From Squalus acanthias (Eukaryota): DNA of 64,000 bases. Position numbers and translations under genes: made by a program. Of this stretch, positions 36,524 through 48,504 are shown piece by piece. Position 1 is the first letter of the stretch. Each line of letters starts with the position of its first letter. Below the pieces are notes generated by a model. It saw nothing but the letters and a program-made list of their open reading frames with translations, was not told the DNA's origin and did not search any database. The stretch covers positions 12,214,001 to 12,278,000 of the forward strand of contig CM059445.1 in NCBI GenBank assembly GCA_030390025.1, written 5' to 3'.

Positions 36524-37229
36524 GACATCAAAGCTCAGCCTGCTCTTGATGTCCATGGTTTCTGGCCTGGGAGGGGGAAGGGCGAAGGTTTACTCAGTAG
36601 CGGTCAGAAGCAGGATCCTTGACTAATGCAGCCGTCGCTCCCCACCAAACCCGCACTTGCTGAAGCCAATTTTAGCATCTCTGAAACTGCTGACATGACT
36701 AACCCAGCAGTGCTTCTCCGCGAAACCAGCCTGGAGACCCCTTTACTGTCAATGGGCCAGATCTTGTGGAATCTCTTCTGAGTCCCTTGTTTTCAGTTGT
36801 GGAAAAGCTTTCAAAACCAGTCCTTTTACCAGGCTGTTCCTTTTCTCTCTAAGACCCATTCGGTGAGGATGCATTCATGGATCATTGTCCTGCCCCAGAG
36901 GGAAGGTTGGAGATCCGGGCCTATAGTGTTGTTACTCTATCTCTGTCCCGTGCTCCCATCTAGTGAGAGCTTCTCCCTGGGAGTGCAGCCTTGCTGAGTT
37001 TAACCTTCTCTCTGTCTTGGATGTGCCTTCCATAATCTATCATTTTTATTTCATATGCATTTCCAATGGGTTTGTCTGGCAATTGCTGTTTGCAGATGAC
37101 CTGAACAGGCTTCTTGTCTGGAACAGATGTGATGGTATGGAGTATTAGTTTGAAGTGGGCTACACCACTGGAATCCTAGCCTCTGGCAGTTTGTTCTCTT
37201 GGGAAGGGGAGGTACAGAGTGGAGACTAA

Positions 37230-37398
37230 GGGGGTAATTGGAACCTAAACTCGCCGGGCGTCAAACCCATGGGATCCAGGTGGAACGCTGGTTTTACATC
37301 CCGCCCAATATTAATCTCCACTGACGTCAGTGGAGTCACCATTGCACCTGATCCCATCAGCTTCCCAATGGGGGCGGGGTTAGGTTAAAATTGCCCCC
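37230..37398. mobile_element. palindromic (hairpin) MITE, Harbinger-like
   Basis: GGGGGTAATTGGAACCTAAACTCGCC / GGCGGGGTTAGGTTAAAATTGCCCCC; inner arms atgggatccaggtg / cacctgatcccat; central 20-bp palindrome; left flank TAA. Confidence 0.7.
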
Positions 37399-37526
37399 CG
37401 AAGTGCTTTCCCACATTGGTGGACGGAGTTCAACAAACACCAAGGTAGGATACTTGTCCGCAAGGTACCTTGAGTTTCTTGGAGGTTAAGGCATAAGGCA
37501 TGTTCCGTCAGGTACATAGTCCACTA

Positions 37527-38135
37527 TGGTTTGCGGAACGCCTCCGTTCAGTCCGTAAGCGTGACCCCGAGCTTCTGGTCGCCTGTCACTTTAATTCTCC
37601 GCTCCACTCCCACTCTGACCGCTCCGTCCTCGGCCTCTTACATTGTTCCAACGCAGCTCAACGTAAGCTCGAGGAACAGCACCTCATCTTTCGATTAGGC
37701 ACTTTACAGCCTCCTGGACTCAACATTGAGTTCAACAATTTCAGACCATAACCTCGGCCCCTATGTTTTCTTTTTTCTCACATGGCAGCTGTTGATGCTT
37801 CTGCCATTGCCATTTGCACCTCATCTAGAGTTATCTTTTGTTTCTTAACTTGTCCCATTACCATCTTCTTTTGCCTCGAGCCATCGTCTCTTCAATCCTT
37901 CCTGCCTTCCATCCTATCACAGACCTTCCCTTTTGTTCTTTTCTCCCCTCTCCCTGCCCCCACACCTGCTTTAAAAACCTGTTCCATTTCCAGCTTTTTC
38001 CAGTTCTGACTAAGGGTCCTCGACCCAAAACGTTGACTCTGTTTCTCTCTCCTCGATGCTGCCTGACCCGCTGCGTGTCTTCAGCATTTTCTGTTGTTTC
38101 AGATTTCCAGCATCCGCAGTATTTTGCTATTGTAC
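37527..38135 (+). mobile_element. Penelope-like element, 3' fragment (GIY-YIG C-terminus plus pLTR/UTR)
   Basis: FAERLRSVRKRDPELLVACHFNSPLHSHSD...RKLEEQHLIFRLGTLQPPGLNIEF, followed by a pyrimidine-rich UTR with a hammerhead-like motif. Confidence 0.85.
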
Positions 38136-38399
38136 GGTTCTCAATCGTTTTTGCAGGGAAGCGTCTGTTACTGAGTTGATTGAATCCCAGTACGAAAGGA
38201 ATTGCGCTCCCTTTCCTTTGGCTGTGAATCTCAACAACTGTATTTGCTTTCATGTGTGATGATGGAATGGAAGATCCAGAAATATAGTTTGTGGTCTATG
38301 GTGAATATATCTGAAATCTATTGTGAGGACGAAAATAGAATGTCAGAAATTGTGACTCATCAAGCAGCGTTCCAGTGACGGAGCCGTTATACTGAAGTC

Positions 38400-39300
38400 A
38401 AGGTGGGAAAGCAAGCTGTGAGGAGACATAAGAGTCTGCAGAGGGATATAGATAGATAGGTTAAGTGAGTGGGCAAGAATTTGGTAGATGGAGTATAATG
38501 TGGGAAAATGTGAAGTTATCCACTTTGGTAGGAAGAATAGAAAAGAAAATATTATTTAAAAGCAGAAAAACTACAGAATGTGGTGGTACAGAGGGATTTG
38601 GGTGTCCTCGTACATGAAACACACAAAGTTAAGATGCAGGTGCAGCAAGTAATTAGGAAGGCAAATGGAATGTTTATTGCAAGGGGGATGGAATATGAAA
38701 GTAGGGAAGTCTTGTTGCAACTGTACAGGGCGCAGGTGAGACCGCGCCTAGAGTACTGCGTACAGTTTTGGTCCCCTTATTTAAGGAGGGATATACTTGC
38801 ATGGAGGCAGTTCAGAGAAGGTTCACTAGGTTGATTCCTGGGATGGAAGGGTAGTCTTATGAGGAAAGGTTGAACAGGTTGGGCCTATACTCATTGGAGT
38901 TTAGAAGAATGAGCCGTGATCTTATTGAAACATATATGATTCTGAGGGGGTTGGACAGGGTAGATGCTGAGAGGATGTTCCCCCTCGTGGGGGAATCTAG
39001 AACGAGGGGGCATAGTCTCAGAATAAGGAGTCGTCCATTTAAGACGGCGATGAGGAGGAATTTCTTCTGAGGGTTGTGAATCTTTGGAATTCTCTACCCC
39101 AGAGAGCTGTGGAAGCTGAGTCATTGAATATATTCAAGGTGGAGATAGACAGATTTTTGAGCAACAGGGGAGTCCAGGGTTATGGGGGAGCGGGCAGGAA
39201 AGTGGAGTTGAGGCCAAAATCGGATAGGCCATGATCTCATTAAATGGCGGAGCAGGCTGGAGGGGCCGAATGGCCTGCTCCTGCTCCTATTTCTTCCGTT
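38400..39300 (+). mobile_element. CR1 LINE, 3' fragment
   Basis: VVQRDLGVLVHET...LYRAQVRPRLEYCVQFWSPY...RMFPLVGESRTRGHSLRIR. Confidence 0.9.
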
Positions 39301-39982
39301 CAAGAGCACTTATTCACTTAAAGGAATTTGCTGCTGTTTCTCATCCAGTGCATCAGTCTTTGTTGCTTTTGTCTCCATTTTAATGCAACACAGGGCAATA
39401 AAAAGGAATTTTGACTCTTCTATAAGTCTTCCTAATACATAGATTAAAAAAAATGCACATGTTACTTTTTCTGCTCCGTCTGTAACCCATTGTAAACTGG
39501 TCATCTACTTATGGACGTCGAACTGGGGTAGTTGGCAATCCCCGAATCCTTTGCTTTGAGAGTGAATGTTAATAATACCGTATCTCCATTGTTAGGACGT
39601 GAATCCTTATTTTTTTTTAAATTGTGTGGCGTGTCTCTTAGATCATTCCGTTGGGTGTTCTCTGTCTCGGAATCTGCTCCCTGTGTTTGGGATTGAGCTC
39701 GTCGAAAAAGGGGCAGTGGGATTCTGGAGAGCTGTTCTTTCAGAGCTTTTGGCCAAGTGGGTGATGAGGGAAGTTCTCCCTCTGCCGAGTTGGGAACAGA
39801 ACGGTAATGAGATGAGCTTTCTCTTCAGATCACTCCATAATTTGTAACCTAGAGAGGGGGAAAAAAAAACCACAAAACACACGCACACACGCATTAAATT
39901 TCCATCCCAGGTGCCAATTCTGCGAAAGCAAGATGGAGCCAGTGCTTCAAAATGGGCTGTGTAGACAGGAAGAGCTGGCAAG

Positions 39983-40270
39983 TGGCCTGTTGGTTATGGT
40001 ACTGGCAGAACAACCTAGAGGTTAGGAGTTCAAATCCCACCATGGCAGGCAAAATTAAATTCCAAAAATCTGGTGATTTATGGGCTGGCACCACAAAAAT
40101 GTCCGGATTGTCGTAAAGAAGAAACCGAACTGGGTCACGAATGTTCTTTAGAGAGGACTACCTGTTTGGCCCAGATATGACTCCAGACTATGTAGTTGAC
40201 TTAATGCCCTCAGAGCAACTAGAGATGGATAATAAATACCGCCTTGCCAGTGTCGTCCATATCCCACGTT
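39983..40270 (+). mobile_element. diverged tRNA-headed bipartite SINE
   Basis: A/B-box-like tggttatgg...gttcaaatccc; body resembles 34733-34915; tail resembles the family-B LINE 3' end. Confidence 0.6.
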
Positions 40271-41299
40271 AACTGGGAGAGTGGTGGGGAAGGGAAACTT
40301 CAACATGCCAAGGATTGCAACTTCTTCAATGCAAAATAAAAACCCAGGGCGACGAGTGAGAACTTTTTTATATCTAACCTTGACTTTTCTCTGTACTTAA
40401 TGACTAGCTAACGAAACCGCCTCCTCAGGAATCGCACCTTTTAAACCTGTGCGCTCCTAGAAGCAGGTCATTTTTCAGGGGAAGAAAAGTGGGCATTGAC
40501 TCTTTTTTTTCCCCTGTATAGCTCAGGTCACTGTGATGGTATTCCACACCCTTTGCCATTTGCTCGAGTTGAACAGCGTAAAACCGGCCTGAATTTGGCT
40601 GGCTTCTACCATTCGTCCGATACAGTTGGCCTCAAAGCCACTGGGTTCGAGGGGGGACAAATCAGCCAGCGTTTGCAGTCTTGATTGGCATCCATTGACC
40701 CTGCAGATAGGTGCTTGGGACATGCGGGTAAGGGTAGAATCAGGAGTGACTCGATTTCCCCCACCCCCCCCCCAGTCAAATAGGCTGCAAACGCTCACTG
40801 TCAGGACTCGCATGAAGAATAGCCAAATTCGGAGAGATCGCAGAAGGCTGGTGGAATATATGAAATCATACTTAAACAGAAGTCGACAACTGCAGAAGAG
40901 AGGGGGGTATATTTGTCGGGAGCAGTGGGTGCGTAGATATGCAAGAAATAAATGCCTTCATCTTCTCCCGAGCAGAGTCAACATTCACACTATAATGCCT
41001 AATTGGATATCGCGGGCTATAATTTGGAGGATGGGGGCGGGCGGGGAGGTGAGTAAAATTTGCTGGGGGGGGGGGGGATCCAGCAAATCCTGGAGAAGAC
41101 CCACCAACGTCAACGCAACCAATGGGATGAACTAAGAGACACCAATCTGTTTCCTCACTGTCCTGCCCACTTTAGCCAAACATAGACTGCATGCTGATCA
41201 CCTGACAGATCTCAGCTCTCTCTCTCTCTCTCTTTCTCTTAAGTGGCTGAGTCTAGTACACTGCATTTATGCTTCTCCTTTTTTTGCCATTGCATTCAG

Positions 41300-41347
41300 C
41301 ATGCCATCGCTTTTTGTTTGAAGGAGTCTGAGAATAAGCCTCCTATG
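41300..41347 (+). CDS. CAMSAP3: CAMSAP3 48-nt microexon HAIAFCLKESENKPPM
   Basis: tttttgccattgcattcag|CAT GCC...CCT ATG|gtaaag. Matches the recalled human CAMSAP3 long-isoform insert HAIAFCLKESGSKPPM, which supports CAMSAP3 over CAMSAP1/2. Confidence 0.9.
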
Positions 41348-43014
41348 GTAAAGTATCATTAGTTCAATCAATTTGTCTTTAATTTTTTTGAGGTGGGCGG
41401 AGGGATGGGGATGGGGTTGAAGCACAGCGGGTAGTAAAGGAAGACTGCCTTATCCCTTCTTAAACAACAGGCCCAAGTTGGCTTCATCGTATTTCCAAGA
41501 CATTGCTGGAGATTCTGCCTTCTGTGCTGGTGTCATTGCGCGAGTCAGTTGGAATTTGGCTTGCAATCGAGAAATTGCTGTATTGAATTTTGTGCTTAAC
41601 GTGTTTTACCCACCCTGATCTTTCAAACAAGGCCACTTTTTTTGGAGAGATTAACCGTCGCGCTGCCAGGTGCCTGGAATGCTTACTAACCCTTCAAAAA
41701 ATGATATCGAAAGATGTCTGCCTGCTGCCTCTAGGGCATTCCCTAACAATTGCCTCAATCGCGCGCCAACTTGATCTCTTCAGGGAGGTGAGCGCGATAC
41801 GGTCGTAGTCTGATCCTCCAGCAAAGTTGCATCCCGAGGATCACATCCCACGCTGCCCCCCCCCACCCCCAAACAGACTTAATCTGTAAAGGATGTTCTT
41901 CCAAGGGAATGTTGACGTGCAAATTGAGCTAATTCAATCTCCAGAGACAGCTCTGCTCAACTTCAAGCTGATTGTAGTGTTTTGATTTTTCACTCTTGCA
42001 GAAAAAAATTGTGATGTGAAAGAATAATAAGACTTGTCTTTTGTATAGCGCCTTATCATGCCAACATCACACGATGACTTACTTGGAAAGTGTAGCAACT
42101 GTTGCTATGTAAACGCCTGTGACGCCTGCAATGTCCCACAAGCAGCCATGAGATGACCAATTAATCAAACCAGTGAGGGGACACATGTTGGCCAGGTCAC
42201 TGGGGGGGTGGAACGCCCTGCTCCTCTTGGAATCGTGCCATGGGGTTTCAAAGCCTACCTGAACCGACCCGAGCTTCAGTCACTGACCTTCTGAAACCCG
42301 AGTTTCAAATAATCACTCGATTTTTTTTCTTGTCCTCCATCGCAGTAGCTTGCCTCACTTCCCACTGTGAATGGGCTTGGCAAAAAGCTGTGTCTCCGCC
42401 CAACATTTACCCCACACACTCTCCTTTTTTCTGAAGTAATTCCAAAACTTTCTCCACTCTTGGTTTGGGGAGGGGGGCGGGGGGGCAGCGGTGGGAGGGA
42501 AGTTGAATACTCGGTTTGGAAGTCTCCAAATGTTTACGTGAAGTAATTTATGAATATTATGCATTTGGAATGAAATTGTGTTCAATTATTCACATTTCTT
42601 CAAGGCTAATCTGATGAACCTTTTTATGTTGGATTCAAAATGAACCTATGTTATTACTCTTCAACCTTTGAGTTAATTAGTACTGCATTCAGCCTGTTCG
42701 GTATTGAACCCAGACAACTGCGGCATTGTCAAACATTAGGTGAAGCATACTTGTCTATCTGTGCACGCCTGCCTGAACCCTCTGGCAGAGGCCATTAATA
42801 TTCATCTTCACAATACACAAGGGCAGTCACCAGCAGCGGTGTACGTGGACCATCTGTTCCTCAGTACATTTTTTATTTGTCTATTGATCAGGGTTCTTCC
42901 CCCTGCGCCCCAAGCTATACCTTTCAGAAAATTGGGTGGTGGAGCTCATTCTCTCTTCAGCCCTTCCTCCCACCTTGAGAGTTTTGATGAGAAGGCAGCA
43001 TAAGGAAGAAAATG

Positions 43015-43725
43015 AAGAACGAACATAAGTAGGAGCAGGTGTAGGCCATTCAGCCCCTCGAGCCTGCTCCGCCATTCAGTAAGATCATGGTTGATCTGAT
43101 CTTGGCCTCAACTCCACTTTCTCGTCCACTCCCCATAACCCTTGACTCCTCTGGCTCAAATATCAGAATATATTCATTGACTCAGCCTCCACAGCTCTCT
43201 GGGATAGAGAATTCCAAAGATTCACGACCCTCCAGAGAAGAAATGCCTCCTCATCTCCGTTTTAAATGGGCGACCCCTTATCTTGAAACTATGCCCCCTA
43301 GTTCCAGATTCCCCCACGAGGGGAAACATCCTCTCCGCATCTACCCTGTCAAGCCCCCTCAGAATCTGATATGTTTCTTTAAGATCACCTCTCATTCTTC
43401 TCAACTCCAATGAGTATAGGCCCAACCTGCTCAACCTTTCCTCATAAGACAACCCTTTCATCTCAGGAATCAACCTAGTGAACCTTCTCTGAACTGTCTC
43501 CAATGCAAGTATATCCCTCCTTAAATAAGAGACCAAAACTGTACACAGTACTCCGGCTGTGGTCTCACCAATGCCCTGTGCAGTTGTAGCAGGACTTCCC
43601 TACTTTTATACTCCATCCCCCTTGCAATAAAGGCCAACATTCCATTTGCCGCCTTAATTACTTGCTGTACCTGCATGCTAACTTTTTGTGTTTCAGGTAC
43701 GAGGACCCCCAGATCCTTCTGTACC
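43015..43725 (-). mobile_element. CR1 LINE, 3' fragment
   Basis: Minus-strand peptide VQKDLGVLV...EYCVQFWS...LETVQRRFTRLIP. Confidence 0.9.
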
Positions 43726-44786
43726 ACTCGTTTAAGCCATCAAAATCGATCCTTGTATAGACCCATGCACATTCTACATATTACCCCATCCATCTAATCT
43801 TGCGAGGGAAAAATCTGTATAAATAATCCCTGACTTCCCCCAAAGAATGATCAAATTGAGATGGGAAGAAAAAGAGTTGGATCCATTATCAAAGGTGCAG
43901 TTGCATTTTCTAATTGCTTTCCACATTTGAGGGCAAACCCCTTGTATTTGACTCTCGGTGATGCAGTGACTGAAGATGGATGAGCGACCCACTCCCAAGC
44001 CTTGGCTCTGAGATGGGTGAGGGCAGCCCAGAAATGCTTGGCTGGGATGACCGGGAAGAAATATCAGGAAGTCTACCAGAGTCTGTTGACTGACTTGGGA
44101 GATCTGGCTTCATGGATTCTGTTTTATTGGTTCTGGTCAACTTGGCACATTAACTTAAGTCAAGAGTCCAAATTGGCCCCTGGTATCCCTTCTAAGGCTC
44201 TGTTAGAGAGGAATTTATGGGGGGTAGGAATTCTTGAAATTCATTTGAAAATACATACAAATTTGAAAATGTCCGAAGTAATAGAATCATAGAAATTCAC
44301 GGCACAGAAGGAGACCATTCAGCTCATCGTATCTGCGCCGGTCGAAAAAGAGCTATCCAGCCTAATGCCACTTTCCAGCTCTTGGTCCGTAGCCATGTAG
44401 ATTATTTGCCGTGGCTCGATTGGTTTAGTGGATTCGAATGCAAAACTTGCACCTCTGGGGCCAGACCAATGTTCAAAAGTCCCTTTCTCTCGGTGGTTGT
44501 TGTGCATTCTAAGTGCAATCTAAATTGTGCCAGCCTCAAATCCATTCTGAGTGGGCACCAGTCCATGGCACAAAACTGCTTGTTCAACATAATCAGCAGT
44601 AATGCACAGAAAACCTGGCAAGGATGGCTGATGTGGGGAAACCCAAATATCGTACCGATGCAGTAGGGCAAGCTATAACCCTCCCCCACTCCCCCAGTCC
44701 CCAGCCACCCGACCCGTGGTAAATGGTCCCTCAAATCATATTGGTATTTAGAGTTATTTTTGTTTGCTAGTTTGCCCTGTTTGCCA

Positions 44787-45238
44787 GTGTCGGCTGTGGC
44801 TCAAGTGGGTGGCACACTCACCTCTTGAGTCAGAAGGTTGTGGGTTCAAGTCCCACTCCAGAGACTTGAGCATAAAATCTAGGCTGACACTCCAGTGCAG
44901 TGCTGAGGGAGTGCCGCACTGTCGGAGGTGCCGCCTTGCGGATGCGATGTTGAATCAAGGCACCGTCTGGTCCCATGGCACTATTTCGAAGAAGAGCAGG
45001 GGAGTTATCCCCAGTGTCCTGGCCAATATTTATCCCTCAATCAACATAACAAAAAAAAACATGATCTGGTCATTATCACATTGCTGTTTGTGGGAGCTTG
45101 CTGTGCCCAAATTGGCTGCCGCGTTTCCCACATTACAACAGTGACTACACTCCAAAAACAAAAAGTACTTCATTGGCTGTAAAGCGCTTTGAGACGTCCG
45201 GTGACCGTGAAAGGCGCTATATAAATGCAAGTCTGTCT
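44787..45238 (+). mobile_element. SacSINE1-like SINE
   Basis: Full consensus match. Confidence 0.85.
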
Positions 45239-45411
45239 GATTGTTTAAATTTTGGCGGTTTGGACAAGGCTACTCTTGGTGCTGTTGCCTCATTCCATAA
45301 ATCCTAAATCAGAACATCAGCAACTTCAGATATGTGTAACTTATTGGGCCTTCATATGTAGCTCCTTCAATTCAGTGGTGTGCACTATGGCCCACAAACT
45401 CAAAATCTTGG

Positions 45412-45633
45412 NNNNNNNNNNNNNNNNNNNNNNNNNNNNNNNNNNNNNNNNNNNNNNNNNNNNNNNNNNNNNNNNNNNNNNNNNNNNNNNNNNNNNNNNN
45501 NNNNNNNNNNNNNNNNNNNNNNNNNNNNNNNNNNNNNNNNNNNNNNNNNNNNNNNNNNNNNNNNNNNNNNNNNNNNNNNNNNNNNNNNNNNNNNNNNNNN
45601 NNNNNNNNNNNNNNNNNNNNNNNNNNNNNNNNN
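45412..45633. other. assembly gap (222 N)
   Basis: N-run. Confidence 0.99.
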
Positions 45634-46042
45634 TGTGGGTTCAAGTCCCCCTGCAGAGACTTGAGCACAGAATCTAGGCTGACACTCCCAGTGCAATGCT
45701 GAGGGAGTGCCGCACTGTCAGAGGTGCCGCCTTTCAGATGAGATGTTAAACCGAGGCCCCGTCTGCTCTCTCAGGTGGATGTAAAAGACCCCATGGCACA
45801 ATTTCGAAGAAGAGCAGGGGAGTTATCCCCGGTGTCCTGGCCAGTATTTATCCCTCACTCAACATCACTACAGCAGATTTATCTGGTCAGTTATCACATT
45901 GCTGTTTGTGGGAGCTTGCTGTGTGCAAATTGTCTGCCGCGTTTCCTACATTCCAACAGTGACTACACTTCAAAAAGTACTTCATTGGTTGTAAAGCGCT
46001 TTGGGACGTCCTGAGGTTGTGAAAGGCGCTATAGAAATGCAA
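45634..46042 (+). mobile_element. SacSINE1-like SINE (5' end in the gap)
   Basis: Begins at the B box immediately after the N-run. Confidence 0.85.
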
Positions 46043-47364
46043 TGTCCATGTTTTATCTACACTGGGAATGCACAATTCTTGCAGGTGCTGGAATGGAAAA
46101 CTGCTGACGTGAGCAGTTTAGGAGGCTTATTTTCCTTTCTGCCCCACACCTAAATAGGCCTGACAAACTCCAAGGCCCCAGAGACTCGATGCATTGACCC
46201 CGGCAGCTGTTGTCAATAAAGTCAACCATTTTAATTGGACACTTCAAATATGACAAATCAAGTGAAGTGGCACAAAGCAGAAAATTCAGCAATTATCTTG
46301 ACATTCTTTCAAACTAAATTATAAGTTCCTAATGTCAGGTTAAGGTGTTAGGCTCTTTTAACTGTATATTAAAAAGGAATAACGCAGTCGAACATGGGAT
46401 GACATCTTTTTTACTTTTCCACGTCATGTAAGAATCTTTTTTTCGATTTTTATGTTTCCGTGCACTGTGCAGTATTTTTTCGGGCTTGCCGAATGACCAT
46501 TTGTGTCTTTTTTTTCCATCTCGATGCATGCACCATTCAGTCCATTACACCAGGAGTTGGAATGAGAGTTCTGTTTTAACGTATTTGGAATGCTGCAACC
46601 TCTGTCTTGCTAACGACTAACCTTTTCAATGAACTTTTTATGTATTCATGAATTAATGTGTGTAAAAATGTTGAACTGTGCAAGGTTTGAAACAGCCAGC
46701 CAACTGGTATTGAATTTAGCAGAGGAATCTCTCTTCCCCTCCCTTTCTCTGTGCAACTTTTAAATGATTTTGACCTCAAATATTTATTTCCTCTCGCTCT
46801 CTCTCTGAATCTATGTAAGCCCGTTCAGTTAAAGTGGATTGTCAATTTTGATTTAGACTTGTTTTCTTTTTAATGGATTGCAAATAATTGATGTAGTCTT
46901 ACCTTTCTCATCTTGTTCAAGCATTTCTTTTTTTAAATTTTTCTTTAATCAGGTGCTGGTTTAAAGGTGTTGCTGAGGTTGGTAGCTTGAGGGAGCAGAA
47001 TCATCATTTCATTAGGTGCATGTGTTCAGCTCCCGCGCGCTATGTCCGACTACCCTTTCTAAAAGATCTCATTACAGATGAGGGAAGCTATTTGACCCAT
47101 CCTAGCTCCTTCATTCAAAAGAACGCGCAGTTGCCACCCACCAAGGCAGCGCCCAATGCTCTCAACTGATTCCAGGCCTTATACGCTACCTGCAAGTCCG
47201 TTGCATGAGTTGGTGCTGCTGAACACGTTGGTCCTAAATTTACCTTTCACCAGTTTGAATCTGTGCCCTTGTCCCACTGTTGTGTGGTTTAGCTCAGAAT
47301 AATATTCCAGATTCATCCCTGCTCCGTTTGCTATCATCATCATCTTTTTGAGGCCCTTTCTCGG

Positions 47365-47655
47365 GAGACTAGAACCAGGGGTCACAGTCTCAGGCTAAGG
47401 GGTCGGCCATTTAGGACTGAGATGAGGAGAAATGTCTTCACTCAGAGGGTTGTGAATCTTTGGAATTCTCTACCCAGAGGGCTGTGGAGGCTCAGTCGTC
47501 GAGTATATTCAAGACAGAGATCGATAGATTTTTGGATACTAAGGGAATCAAGGGATATGGGGATGAGGTAGAAGATCAGCCATGATCTTACTGAATGGCG
47601 GAGCAGGCTCGAGGGGCCGTATGGCCTACTCCTGTTCCTATTTATGTTCTTGCGT
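47365..47655 (+). mobile_element. CR1 LINE, 3' fragment
   Basis: aggggtcacagtctcagg...gagatgaggagaaa followed by the tail. Confidence 0.8.
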
Positions 47656-48504
47656 TTTTTCTCACTCCCCCAAGTCTTTGCTCCTAGCCCATCCTTCTAC
47701 TGCCAGGAATCAGCCTTGTGGCTCCTCTCAACAAAGTTGGTCCTCTCACTTAATGTTTCTTTAAAATTATAGAGAGACATGAAGCAACTAAAATGTAAGC
47801 AGAAGTATGTTTGAGCCCACTATCATTATATTTTTTGACGGGTTTATTTTTAAAAGGGGGGCCCTACTGGTGAAATTGGCTCTTCAAGGATATCTGACAA
47901 CTGGCTTCTGATGGCAATTAAAGCAAATTCCTGACTTCGTAGAATCGTACAGCACAGAAGCCGCCCATTCGGCCCCTCGTGCCTGTGCCGGCTCTTTGAA
48001 AGAGCTATCGAATTTGTCCCAATCCCCTGCTCTGTCCCCATAGCCCTGCAGTCTTTTTCCCCTCATTTTTAACGTTAAACATCAATGGGTATCTTTTTTA
48101 GCACACCCCCCACCCCTTAGTGAAATGAAAGGTTCTCCAGGAACCTGTTATTTTACAGAAAAGTTTGCCTGTGGTAACTTAAATGTTGAGAATTCGCTTT
48201 GACAACTGGTTCCCTTGAGTGGAACTCCTAAGTCAACAGTGGAAGCTCCTAAGTCAACTAATAATCATGTTCAACTTGCTGGTGTTCTGGTATCTTGCCG
48301 TGAGGTCCTCTTCAGAGATTGAAGAGCAACTTTTATTTAAAGGAATTGCATCATAGTCTCTCGGCGCCACCCATGCCTGCCTGCAGACTGAAAGGCTCAG
48401 TTTTCATTTTGTTTTCAATCGCTAATTTGACCCCCTGGTTGATTGGACTGTGCCGGTCGCCCGTATACACTCGCATGCACAGCCCAGAGATAAGTTTCTC
48501 TACT

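Noticed and set aside
39599-39847. 82-aa ORF with an internal gtaatg donor
   Set aside because: The donor is phase 1 in the ATG-bearing frame, incompatible with the downstream phase-0 exons, and there is no homology.
45252-45696. ORF-track entries spanning X runs
   Set aside because: Artefacts of the 222-N assembly gap.
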